A stretch of DNA of 61,324 bases from Halocafeteria seosinensis. Its lineage: Eukaryota. The notes beneath the pieces were generated by a model. It was not told the DNA's origin. It saw only the letters and a program-made list of their open reading frames with translations, and did no database searches. The translations under genes and the position numbers were made by a program. Positions 25,801 to 38,800 of this stretch are shown here, one piece after another (the stretch's first letter is position 1; every line of letters begins with the position of its first letter). The stretch is from positions 1 through 61,324 of the forward strand of contig LVLI01000685.1 in NCBI GenBank assembly GCA_001687465.1, in the 5' to 3' direction.

Positions 25801-28800
25801 GAGATGGTGCCAGCAGTCATAAGGTTTGAGAAGTGGGTGATGTCGATGTGCTTTATGTTCAAACTCGCGCTCTCTCCTCGTAAACTGCACTCGGTTCCGT
25901 TGTATAGGAAGAGACTCGAAATATCCATATTAAGCTCCTTCCATCCGTTAATGGACACACTGCTATCTTGTCCACTAGTCAGCGAGGTAACCTTCCCCGT
26001 AACCGTACTCCCCGACAAAGCAAGTGTCGATGGCGCTTCCAACTGAAGACTTTCAACATACAAGTCGCAAATATCGTCATTTAATAACGTCATACTTGCA
26101 GAGTTTAATACCTCCACGGCTTTCACATCGATTTGTGAGGAAGAACTTCTGGTAGTAAGTATGGAACCGTCGTACATCTTAGCTTGATCCATGATAACGC
26201 TCAATTTATCATTGGAGTGACAAGCCATAGTTGAGTTTCCCATCATCGAAATATTGGCCCCAAAGGTGCCCAAATATGTACTCCCCGCGAATTCTATCGT
26301 AGAATCAGAATCGGCCGTAGTCCAGTCCAACTCAACCAAACTTTCATTGCCCCAAACCATGAAGACAGACTCCTCAGCAATCGATAGGTGAGGCATGCTG
26401 ATTTTCAAACCAGTATCCGCCTTCGTGAAGACTCTAGAATGATCTAAAGCACGGAATAACCGTCCTACGTTCATATCGAATCGGTTGCAAACCACCTCAA
26501 TATTTGAATAATCGTGCAGAGCCACAGTTGAACTGTGGAAACGTACCCAGTCCTCACTCGAAGACCTCACAGTCGCATTCTTATTGAGTACCAGGCTATC
26601 CAACACCAGGGATACTGTGTTGTTGAATAACCCTTGCAACATTGGGTCACCAATACGCAAACGCTTCGAACTTAGAGCTTTGAAATATGAACTGGTAACG
26701 TTTAGCAGATGCGTCACCTCATCAAGTTCAGGGGATACATTCTTTTCTTCCCCTGTTACAAACTTATTTAGGTAAGCGTCCGAAATATTGGCTAAAGTTT
26801 GTAATTGTTCAAAGTGCGCTTCCGATATATTCAAAGCCTCGTAAAGTCCTTCAAAATCTGGAACTGTTATATTAAGCTCGTCGAAGATGAATTCTTCCAG
26901 TTGCAGTCTAGTGAGACTGAGATTATCAATTCCGTACCATTGACCGTTTACCCTGATTTCTGAGGACGACACAATCAAATCGCTTGGAGAAATTACGACC
27001 CCTCCGCGATGAACCGTGATACCGCCTTCGAGAAACATACTTTCGTAAGAGGTGCTTTTCACCAAGCGATCCGTGCCGTTTACTACTTGGATAAGCCCAA
27101 TTTGACCTTGGAGTATGCTCAAAGTACTGGTATAGTCTCCTAAGACCCTAGTAATAGAAAAAACTGAAGAATCTGAGATATTGGTTCCTTCGGGATGCTG
27201 CATCCACCGTAAACCTCCAAAGTTCAATAGCTGAACTTCGTCAAAGTGCAAAGACTTGGCATCGTTCACTATTATTGCATCAGCAAGGGCATTAGCGTCG
27301 CCGTTATCGACGCGTAAAACACTCTTCATATCAGATCCACACCAAGTATACGTAGTTCCGGGACTGGAAAAATCCCCGGTAGCTCCATGAGCTCCACCAT
27401 GAGCTTCCATAAGTGCAAACCCAGTAGTCGGAGCTCTCGCTGAGATGGCTACAGGGGCTTTGTGCTTAACATAGTTGACAGAAATCCTGCCTCCACTTCC
27501 TCCATAAGAATTTTCCGATCCATTCCCACCGTTGGCCTTTATATTACCGATACTATAACCAAACGTTTCTACCGAAAACAGTATGGTACCGCCAGCTCCA
27601 CCACCGACACTGCATAGAACACGTAAGAAATTCAAAAAATAACGATTCTCATCAATGCCTAGCAATGAGACACTTACAACGATTTGTTACTGGTTTGACC
27701 TGTGACTTCTATGGTTCCATTTATCACAAACTCATCGTCGACCGTTGCTCGTAGGTACGCTCCTCCAAGCACAGGCGCTACATCATCGCCGCAGCCCGTT
27801 GCGCTTCCTACTGACTGCGGTGTGAATACATTTCCGTAAACAAGCGCGTTAATCTCTTCATCCGTAAATCCTGCTACGTAAGAACTTCCTAAACCACCGT
27901 GAGAGCCGCCGTGTTTCGACTGCGATGGGACTCCTTGTACATTGCAGGAATCGGCGGCATCCGCAAAACCATGGATCAGCGCGAATTGTTCAACTACAAA
28001 CACTGAAGAATGAATAAATACAGCGCTGTGAATCACCGCTTCAGTGTTTTCGGAGAAGTGGATCCGATCCGACATTCGAAGCACAGTGTCGTTCTCCAAC
28101 CTCATTGCGGCGCCATCTCTCAACATAAGGGATTCACCAGTAACGTTAGCTCCAGAGTAAAGGATAACCGATGCATTTCCTTCTGCCACTACCTTAAAGT
28201 CTCCACTTACTGTGCCAGAGATTCCCATCAATGCACCACGAGACGGCTTGACCAGTGCAACTTGGTCAGTTCCATTTTCATTGCTCGATGATGTATTTCC
28301 CAAGAGAAAGTCTGATACAGTGAACCCACTGACTGCATGAGCCGACAAACTCCCTTCTTGTTGAAACCAGTCATTGATGACTATCGAGATATTTCCGACA
28401 GTCAACGTGCTATACCCAGAACCTGAAAGGTAACATTTGCACACCAGTTGATTGAGAAGCAATTTCAGAGCATTTATTCACCATAGGACATACCTTGATC
28501 ATGGATGCGGCCTGTTATCAGAAGTGACTCCACAGTAACATTCGCTACTAAGTTTAGAGTTCCACGGACGTCAAGCATTCGTAGGTTCGTCTGATTGGCG
28601 TCCAACTTGCAGGACTCATCATAGCCTACCAGCACCGTTTGATTTACAACTGTACAATGATCGTGCGAAGAGCTTGAACTGGTAGGCTCCAGGGAGGGAG
28701 AAGAAGCTGACACAGAAACTTCTGGAGGAGTTCTGCTTTCTGAAGAGATGAGATCTGCGTTCGAAGACGATGGGCTCGGAGTCAAGGTCATTTCAGATGA

Positions 28801-28983
28801 AGCCGACCGAGACTGAGAAAAGGCATTCGTTTCCGGTGATACAGTGCCAGAGGGGGTTGCAGTGGAGGACCCTTCAAAGATTCGATGGAATTCACTCGGA
28901 GTTGCGGTGAGTGACTCACTTCTTGCAGAACACATGAAGAGGATGCATATCCAAAGGAGCACTACGCTGACTCTGAACTCCAT
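1851..28983 (-). CDS. Gene A: giant secreted repeat protein (~8692 aa) with 13 Gly-rich/beta-solenoid modules, C-terminal Cys repeats, coiled coil and Calx-beta-like domain
   Basis: Exons (minus): 28494-28983, 27678-28422, 23725-27609, 22128-23660, 20425-22053, 18721-20361, 17091-18656, 15386-17020, 13644-15308, 11333-13579, 9691-11274, 8027-9613, 6328-7962, 4025-6241, 3002-3947, 1851-2924. All 15 introns are GT..CAG, 58-86 bp. Spliced CDS is 26079 nt and keeps frame. The N-terminus MEFRVSVVLLWICILFMCSARS looks like a signal peptide. Recurrent motifs: GGGxGGSI, ANGGxG, GGSGGRIAxYC, SGPGT, GGSHGGLG, YGDxFxP, GSGG. Confidence 0.9.
1975..2325 (-). other. Calx-beta-like domain at the C-terminus of gene A
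   Basis: IFFSDEKYAAD...VDITIRR...WTTDISATSGVDYNP..LLLKWDKQETEKHFSVCI matches, by eye, the Calx-beta pattern F..y.v.E..v.v.R..T.dgtA..g.Dy..l.f..get.k.i.v.I. Confidence 0.7.
2715..3105 (-). repeat. Four GCxxxxxxN(Y/F/H)(D/N)PxAxxD(D/N)GxC protein repeats in gene A
   Basis: GCTKPSYGNYNPQATTDDGSC, GCSYSLAK|NHDPDAEIDNGEC (across intron 2925-3001), GCTCREAFNFDPDATINDGSC, GCTYEAAINFDPQAHIDDDGC. Confidence 0.9.
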
Positions 28984-29894
28984 TTTCAGAAAGGTAGGGC
29001 TTATGTAAAGAATTTCCAACGAATGGATGCTGTACACCAGGAATTTTTTATATAGCGAGCGTAGCGCTGGTAGCTCTAGCTCGTCCTCGTCAGAGAAGGA
29101 CGAACCACGATTCTAAAAGGAGTCTTAGTTTGTGAGTGATCCAACGCAAGCAGGCCAAGTGGAAGAGATGCAAAATAAAGCACCCGAGCTGTAAATGCAT
29201 GAATGGAGGAGAAACTTTTGCACCTAGAGACTTTAAAACCAAGGCTTTTTTGTTCCCCTAAAAGTCCCCTTTTTTTTGTTTCGCAGCGACTTCAAACGGT
29301 GTCTTGCTTTGATGTTCTTGTTCTGGAAATCGTACCGGTAGTGTGTACACATTTGCTTATTTATCACCGTAAAGGGCATGGTGCGTCCAAGGAAAATCAA
29401 ACATATACACGCTCAGGATGGTAGTACGATACGAGACTTGAAGCGACTTTCCCTCGGCTATGATGTATCGGCCCGAGGGTCGTCTTCCGGGTAAAGTTCC
29501 GGCAGAATGAGCAAGACTCTTATGGTTTGTCCCAATGAAAGACACTCGATGGTATACAAAGAAACAGTCGCATACATTTTCACACGGTGTCATTGACCAA
29601 TTTATTCATCTTTTCCACTGTGCATTGTCCGGCTGACGTGTACCTTTCGTGCGAACCAGGGCAGTCTCCTTGTGTATTTACGGAGTGTGTATAAAAGAAG
29701 ACCTGGGACAACTTGTGCTACAGAAAGCTTTTCCTTGTTGGATTCTCACCATTGCGAGTGCTGTGTCTCTGTGTGTGATGGTAATACATGTCCTTGACTC
29801 ACGCTCCCACAAACAAGGTACAATCCTGGAAAGAGCCGGTGAGCGCCTGAAGAGAGCGAGGCCACCGTTGGGCTGCCCCGGCAGCAGACGAGGA
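28984..29894. promoter_or_regulatory. Putative bidirectional promoter between genes A and B
   Basis: 911 bp separate the two divergent ATGs. TATATAAA on the minus strand at 29047-29054 faces gene A; TATAAAAG on the plus strand at 29690-29697 faces gene B; TGACGT at about 29634-29639. Confidence 0.55.
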
Positions 29895-32800
29895 ATGTCC
29901 GTGAGAGTTCAAACCTCAAATGGTGCAGCAGCAGCACCGGTTACCCAAAAAGCAATAACGGGGGCATTGGTCTTGTCCATACTCACTTTGGTGGTCGATG
30001 CCTCTTCAGTGGCCATGCAGGAGAGCGTGAGTCCATCAGTAGGAACCACGGAAACCGCATCTCCATCGACCACAACTTCGGAGACACCTACGGGCACAAT
30101 GTCCCCAACCACGTCGACGACGCCAAGCTCCACAGGAACACCATCATCCTCAATGCCCAGAACACCTTCTCCCTCTCCTTTGGAGTTGTGCGAAGTTGTC
30201 GACGGCTCCGTAGTTATCACCAAGAGCGAATCCTGTCGACTACCTGAATCCGTTACTTCCTTGAAAGAATTGATTATTTTCGGACGACTGATCTTCTTTT
30301 CGGGGAGATCGGTGAATGTGGGTTCTCTCGAACTTCACCAAGGCTCGTCCTTGATCTTGGATGGTACGGCTTTCTTCACGACACAAACAGACCATTGTTT
30401 GGAAGTCACTCTCTCTATGTATTATTCACGTGCATCCATACAGGACATAAACAACAACAATCTTCCCTAAAGACGGCAGATATTGATATCAGCTTTACTC
30501 ATCTAACCCAACATCAGGGCACGAGTAGGCTCCACGATGACTGCCTTGTCTTTAGTGGAGACGCAGCCGGGTCGTGGAATTTGAGAGCCCGCAATAATGC
30601 GCAGATCAAGTTGGAAAAACAATCAATGATTCATAGCGCTAGTGTGGAATTGGGAGGACATGTTTCTCTTGAGATGGAAGCAGATAGTCAGCTCAACGTG
30701 ACAGGATCTTTTGATATTCTTGACCAAGCGACGGTTCAAGTCAATATGAAAGTTTCTATCTATGCGAATGATCTTCTTCTGAATGAAGGCTCGAGTATTA
30801 CTGGTGTCGGTCGAGGACACCAATCCTGCGAAGGGCCTGGCTCTCCCGAGAATCCTTCAAGAGGAGGCTCCCATGGGGGCATAGGAAGTCCTGAATCGGT
30901 TAGTAAGTTCATGGAAGAGGAAGCAAACGCTTTCCCTTACGGTAACAGCAGAAAACCAATGTCAGTTGGTAGTGGAGGAGGCAGTTGTTCCCTTGAAGGG
31001 GGAGCCGGGGGAGCTTCGTTGTTTTTGTCCACGAGCAAATTGCATGTCAACGGTTTGATCGACGCTAGTGGATCCGATTCCCCCACTCAAGAGTAAGTAG
31101 TAGTACGTACACATTGGCTAGATATCGTACTAACTCTCCCGCTCGTCGAACGCAGCTCTGGAGGTGGTTCTGGTGGCAGCATCTGGGTTCAGACTAAAGA
31201 ACTGGCAGGCTACAGTGGCCGACTAGATGCTGCAGGAGGAAATGGAGGACAACATGCATACGGAGGCAGTGGCGGTAGGATTGCTATTTACTACGAACAG
31301 ATACTCAATTCGCCTCTTAATAGTTTAACAGAAGGCGACTCGGTCCTCCGGGTTACCGCTCACGGCGGCGCTCCCGCTGAACAATCTGACCCAGAGCATT
31401 CAGCGGCAGGAACTGTTTTCTACCAAAACGAATCCAAGAATTGGCTTAAAGTGGAAAATGCAGCTACATCCACGCAGAATTTGACTGAGACAATTCTTGT
31501 AGATGCTGATTCGCACCTTCATTTTGACGAGCTCATATTACGGACACATGTTGCTTTGAAATGGATGCCAAGAAGCCTTCCTTCAGTTTCCTCTATACTT
31601 TCGCTTACTCGTCTCGACAGTGACAAGTTTAGCACTATAGTCGTAGCGAATGGCCAAATTGGGGTCTTTGGACTTCCATCTCTCGACAAGGAGGAATTAA
31701 GTGAATCTATACCTGTAGAGAAACCATTTTCGGGAGTTTTTGAGGGAAATGATGGTCTTGAAATGAACATCCTTTCAGGGCGCTTTAACTTTCCAAAGTC
31801 ACATCTAAATTTAGAAGCCGGCCGCGTGCACGTCGAGCAGAACGCCCACATTGTCACCGCCCCTACGGTAACCCTTTCTGGAGCCACCGTACTGCTCCAC
31901 GGAAATTGGCTTGGAATGCAAGATTTGACTGTTGAAAAGGACTCGGTGTTTAGAGTAAATTCTTCGGGACGAGAGAGTCTTTCTTTTGAGCTTGAATCGA
32001 TACACCTCGCGGACACGTCTGAATTTTCCATTGGCCATACCAGGGATATTATAGTTACTGCAAGCGAAATTCTGATGAGCGGATCAAGCAATATGAGTGT
32101 CATGAGTGAGGGTGAAGTCTCAATAACGAGCCACAGACTTTCGCTCAACCGCTCATCCACATTGTCAGTGGATTCAGGTACCAGAGTTGGGAACTCTCTA
32201 GGAACTGCTGAAATTCGTGGTCGTGCTAGCGTAAATTTCCAGTCATTTTCACACAACCATATTCACATGGACTCTCTGGATATGTTCGACACCGGAAGTT
32301 TACACTTGGGTTCAAGTTCTTCTCTGATGGTTGACCATTCTATTTCCACGAAAGGTGCCTCCACTGTCAATGCTGTAGGAAAAACCAACATGACGTGCTC
32401 CAATTTGTATATTGGTGGGAATAGTAGAATTACGGGAGTAGGAGGTGGACACAGACCATGCGAAGGGCGCGGCTCTGGGACATCCCATGATGTCGGAGGC
32501 AGCCACGGGAGCGTTGGCACCGTTCAGCCACCTAGCTCTTCACTAAGTGTATCAGCTTACGGAGACGTTTTCCGACCCATGGATCTTGGGAGTGGTGGCG
32601 GTTCTGGAATACACTGTTCAGGCTCCGCCGGTGGGTTTGGTGGAGCTGCAATATATGTGAAAGTTGAAAGACTTGCTACAGTCCTAGGGACAATTGATAC
32701 CAGCGGAAGGGGATCGGATCAAGCAACTGGGTAAGTAAAATATCAAGAATACGTTTCCTTACTTGGATTCACAGTATGTTTGGTTTCTTTTTGTACAGAC

Positions 32801-35800
32801 AAGGAGGCGGTGCGGGTGGAAGCATATACTTACGAACCGCTCAACTTGCGGAGGACAGTGTAGGCTCGCTAAGGGCTAATGGAGGTGCGGGGGGCTTTAA
32901 TGCTAGCGGTGGTAGCGGTGGGCGAATAGCTATTTACTGTGATTCCTTACAAAGTGTAGACCAGGACAAAAACAGTACGAAGTTCCGAGATACTGACCTG
33001 GGGCTGCTCGCCAGGGGAGGGCATTTTTCGGGCGGTGCACAAGATGAACTGCGTTCAAATCCTGGGACAATATTTCAGCAGTGTGGCCCGAGTACTCCCC
33101 GAGTGCTGGTGGTAGACAACGGCGCTACCGATGTTCAGAGTTCCCAGCATGCTCTGATAACAGACACCCGAGAACGGTTGCATTTTGACCAAATCCGGCT
33201 TTGCGTCCATACGGGAATCCGTTGGGCGCCTGATTCTGAACCTACTCTATTGAGAGTTTTCTCTGTGGGAACGTTACTTGGTCCAAAGTCCAGCGAATTG
33301 ATGCTCTCAGAGAGCCAAGTCGGAGTTTTGGGTACTACCGATAATCCGTTAATGAAACAATCTAAAGCGATAAATCACGTCCCTGCACGTTATGAACAGA
33401 GTGCTGAACGGAGTGACTCTTTTATCGCTAGCTTTGAGGAGGGAGTTTACTCTGTTCCTAACTCTGTGTACGAGCTCAACCACGTTGGGATAACAGTATT
33501 CGGTGGTGCTAGGCTGCTTACGCCTCCTGTGCTCCGTCTAAGTGGCGCTTCTCTTAAGTTAGAAGGACCGTTACAAGGGGCGAATCACCTTTTCTTGGAA
33601 GATCGGAGCAAAGTATCAATTCCAGGGTATTCCAATTACAGAGAGCTGAATCTTTCTACTTTGAATCTGCAAAATTCGGAACTGACAACAAGTGGAGGGG
33701 AGAGGTATTCACTGAGTGCAACTAAAATATCCCTATATGGAAGCACTATCGATCTCGACGCGAAGGAGATCTGTCTTAGTCGTTCTGACGTTTTCTCCGT
33801 TGACAGTCATAGCTCACTCCACTTGACAGGGAGGAGGCAATTGAGTACTCAAATGGGAGATATGAACTCGACGCGGGACAGTAGTATCAAGTTTAGGTCC
33901 GAAAATGAAAGTGTACATACTTTCAATTCCATATATGTCGACAACAGGGCGACTATGGCCTTCGGTAACGAAGCCAAAGTTACGGTACATTCTTCCGTTT
34001 CGTTGTCGGACGAGGGAAGAATATATACTCACGGCGTGTTGAATATGAGTGTACAAGACTTGTCTGTTGGAGAAGATGCTTCAATCGATGCCGTCGCAGC
34101 AGGATACGCTCCATGTAGAGGCAAGGGATCGCCTTCGCAGCCTCAACATGGAGGAAGTCACGGTGGATTTGGAAGCATCGAGGACTTTGAAACCTTCTTG
34201 AGCAACGAAGAGCAGGTATTTCCTTATGGCGATACTTTCGAACCAAGCGAACTCGGAAGTGGAGGCGGTGGATGCGGAACGTCGGATGGACATGGTGGTG
34301 GAGCTCTGTATCTGAGCGTACGGGCAAGTTTTGATATGCTGGGGGTGATAGACGTAAGCGGAGAGAACTCTAGGACTACCGAGTAAGTACGCCGTATACT
34401 CCTCATACTTCTCCAATACTCTGGAAACTTACCTATTGTAAGTTTTGTTGCAGGTTTGGTGGTGGTGCAGGAGGTAGCGTATTTGTCGAAACCAGGTTTC
34501 TTAACGCAAGTTCCGGATCTCTTCGAGCTAATGGGGGCAATGGCGCCCGCAATGCGCATGGTGGTAGTGGTGGACGCATAGCTTTATACTGTGAAGAAAA
34601 GGCAAGCGATATTAACTCTCTTAGAGATATAGAGTCACTGAACCTAGCAGCTCACGGGGGGTTGTACGAGGGGAACTCGTCCCAAAACTTTTTGTCTGCG
34701 CCGGGAACCGTGTACCGAGAGTGTGGAGTTGATAACAATCAAGGGCGCACGCTCATCGTCGACAATAGTTTGCAGAACTTGGAGCAAGAACTGGAATCCG
34801 TAATTACAAATATAGACGAAGACATAGTCTTCGACCACCTCCGTCTACTTGGACAAAGTGGAATTCGATGGGTTCCAAGAGCTTCGAAGAGTACCCACTC
34901 ATTAACGATATCTGCCTTAGAGAGCGACGGTCGAGGTAAACTGACAGTTGGAGACAATCAAACCGTAATAATTAACGCTGTTTCGAGTGCCTTACCGCTA
35001 TTGAATGAACGTTCTACTCTTCAAAGCCGCTGCCAGTGGTGTTGCCATTGTTTCGGTAACAGCAGCGCCGTGTTTATAACCATGAATAGGAAGAAATTTT
35101 CGTTGGTTGAAAACACACTGAACTTGGAGTTCTCCGACTTTATTTTGGATGTTTCTCGATTTGGAAGGTTGATTACGCCAGAATCGGTAAGCCTACAAGG
35201 TATACGTATGGACATTGAAGGCGAATGGCTCGGACCAAAAGACCTAGTGTTAGATACTTTGACTAAGATAGTATACACTACGCGGAAGGACAACTTTGCA
35301 TTGCATTCTCTCGTCATGCGCGAAGACGCAAATTTGGTTGTTCAAAGCTATGGCCTCGATGTCTCTCTACCACCATTCCAAGCAAGAGAAACTCTTAAAC
35401 AAGGCGGTCCATTCTCCTTTAATGTTGAGTCAGTGGACGTCCATGAGTCTGCGTCTTTGAGCGTGGAGAGTGATACCGCTTTAACTACCAGATTTTCAAG
35501 CCAAGCCTTCACCGGAGCTGCATCTGCGAGTTTTAAAGCTGCGCCCGACGAAGCTCTTATCCTCGAGTTACCAGATACTCTCCGACTTCCGAACATGACC
35601 AGCATAACACTTTCAGGATATCAAATTGAGCTACAGATAAAGGAAGTGGAACTTATGGACGAAGGCGTTCTCATATCGCTCCCAGTATCGTCCAGTGTAT
35701 ACCGGGGGGAATCTCTCAGACTTTCGGCTCACACCGTGTTTAATGCTGGTAACAGTCCTCAGGTGTATTTCGATCGCGTCATTGTAGAAGACGAAGCAAC

Positions 35801-38800
35801 GCTGGTGATTCAGGGGGAAACTAGGATCTGGACACAAACCTTTTGCTTGGGCGAGCACTCCTTCGTTAACGGGATTGCTGCTGGTTTATCTCGATGCGAA
35901 GGTCCTGGAGCGCCTCCTTGTGATACCAAGCGCGGTGCTTCTCATGGAGGCTTAGGGACTTCTGATACTATCGACAATTTTCTGTCTAATGGTTACCCGG
36001 AATTTTCCTATGGAGATACTTTTTTTCCTTCCCATCCTGGTAGTGGGGGAACTGGAGCAAAAGGTGGTGGTGCTCTCGCTTTGCATTCGTCCTATTGGAT
36101 GTCTCTTGAAGGCACAATAGACGTTAGTGGCAGTAATGCAGGTGCGGATAGTGGTGGTGGTGCTGGTGGGAGTATTCTAGTGAACTCCACTGAATTTCGA
36201 ACTGCCTCCGGTCACCTTCGTGCTAATGGGGGTGACGGTTTCGTGGGCGGTGGAGGAGGAAGGATTGCTGTGTACTGTGACAAAGCGGTTGAACCTATTG
36301 GCCCTAGCGGGCTATTGGCCGAAACTGAGCATACAATGGAGGCGATGGGTGGTGGTGATGCTACATCGAAGTCGGGTCCGGGAACAATATTTCGTCAGTG
36401 CGGACGCAATAATGTGAGAGAATTTTTTTCTAACAACGGAGATAGTGCTACGAAAAGCCAGCTGGAATCCGTAGTATTAGGTAAGGAACCAACACTACAC
36501 TTTGACCGGGTTCGACTTGAGAAAAACGGTGGACTTCGATGGATTCCTTCTTACTGGTCGAACAATCGGACGATTATGACTATCGGGGAATTAGGTGGCG
36601 ATCGTTATGGTCATTTTACTATTCTCGATAATCAGGTGGCAATAGTCTCATCAACTGATCGGCAGAGTCTATTTTCCGACGCAAATACCGAGGTGTATCC
36701 CCAGCATTTCAACCAAGTTGGCGCTGCTATCATTACACGAAACACTGGCGCATACGTGCTTAATACGGAGCACATAGAATGGAACACCGCGACACGCGTT
36801 TTTCAAGGTGGGGAACTAGTCACCCCACCGAGAGTTTTTGTGCATTCTTTTATCCAACTACATGGAACTTGGTCCGGAGTGACGAGACTAGAAATTGGTA
36901 GCACCGGACAAGTCAAAGTGGTGAAGGAGCTGGATGACTCGTTCAACCTAACTTCAGTAACGCTTAGAGAACAGGCGTTGCTGGACATTTACACCAATTC
37001 TGTCTATATGTTCGCTACTGAATCGCTAGAAATGGAACCTCGCTCTTCCTATTCCATTCGTGGAAACTCTTTTATTGGGACCTTCGGCAATGTCGCGGCC
37101 GCTGACGAGGCAACTCTTAAAATGTCATTGAATAGCGAGCTCAATAACTCGTTCGACAACGTTACCCTTAAGGGTGAGTCCCAAATTTGTTTGGCTAGTG
37201 CGAATGAAGCAATGAGAGTAAGAATCGGAGGGATGGACGCTAGTCAAAACTCTGAATTGAGACTAGATTCTCCGTCAAGTATTTTCTTGCGAGGGAGCGT
37301 GCTTTTCCTGACGGACGAGTCGCACATTGAGGCTGATGCGGCTCGGTTAGACGTACAACTAAGAGAATTTGGAGCGTTCGACAGTGCTTCACTAGCACTC
37401 AACAAGCGACAACAAGGGAAAGCCGATTCAGAGCTTAGCAATTGGACCTCATCGGACAGTTTTACTTTGGCGGACGAAACGTCGCTGAGAGTGCATAGCC
37501 CGCTTCAATTCCACGCAACAAATTTCTTTCTGGGAGACAAAGCTAAGATCGACGGAGCACGTAAGGGACCTGAAAACTGTAAAGGTCGCGGTGCTTCCCT
37601 TGAACGACGTGGAGCTTCCCACGGAAGCATCGGCGACTGGAAGAACTTTGACAACGTGAGGCGAGAAGACCTTCCAGCATATGGAGACCTGTTTCACCCG
37701 GTAGAAGCTGGTAGCGCTGGGTGTGACCCGGACAATAAAGACAAAGGCGGCAGTGGTGGCACAGCAATAAAGATACAAGTTGCAGGTAGTCTCTTTTTGA
37801 ACGGTGTCGTAAATGTTAATGGAGGTACGGCTGAAAAAGCTCAGTCTTTCACCCGTCGTTGGCATGGTCATTCGGTAACCCGTTGGAAGCCTGCGTAAGT
37901 AGACAGACGCTCTTGACTATTTCACAAAACTAGTTTGATTATGATAACGTTGTATCTGCAGAGCTGGCGGGGGTTCCGGTGGCAGCATCTTTATCCAGAC
38001 AAACGTGTTGGAAGAAGCCCGCGGCTCTCTCGAAAGTAGCGGAGGTGACGGTGGAAGTACCGGAGGATCGGGTGCAGCAGGTGGAGCCGGTGGCAGGATT
38101 TCACTGACATGCATCCATAGCGAGGAAACAGCAACAGTGTCGGAGCTGTCTCTGAAAGCTCATGGAGGTAGACGAGAACCTAACTCAGGGGCTCGCTCTC
38201 ATCCTGGCTCCATCTTTCGTGATTGTAGTCACGAGAATGAACGATCGGAAGCATTGATCGTTGAAAATGGTGACGATACGTCGTCCCGCCGACAAGCAAT
38301 TGTTTTGAATACGGGTAACTCATTTCACTTCGAGAGAATCCGGCTGCTCAGAAGTGGTGGACTGCAATGGTTTACTGATGATGGTCCCTTCAACAAAACA
38401 ATTATCTCTGTGGGATCTCTTGAAGGTGATCAGACGACTGGCCACTGGACTATACGTGATAATCAAGTCGCCATTGTGGGATCTAAACGAATTCTAAGTG
38501 AATCTCCAACAGATCCGTTTAAGGACATCATAGACAGAGGTCCTACACTTGGCACTCATCTACAGTCGTCTGTTTATGAACTTCTCTCTGTTGAGTTCTC
38601 GCTATCGCATGTTCACTTGGATGTGCAAAAGAATGCCACCATTGTTACTGTCCCTCGTATGTCGGTGGAACGGTCCACAGTGAACATTTTCGGTGTTTGG
38701 CAGGGAATTCAAGAGTTGCTGCTAGGCCGTGGTACCACCATGAAAATTGATAGAGAGACCCATGAAGCCTTTAACTTCAGTGACTTAACGATGGTAAACG

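Noticed and set aside
29649..29894. Upstream extension of gene B predicted by the ORF track; similar extensions at 28984-29037 and 58374-58733
   Set aside because: These begin at non-ATG codons, and the gene B extension overlaps the TATA-like box. Downstream ATGs give signal-peptide-like N-termini.
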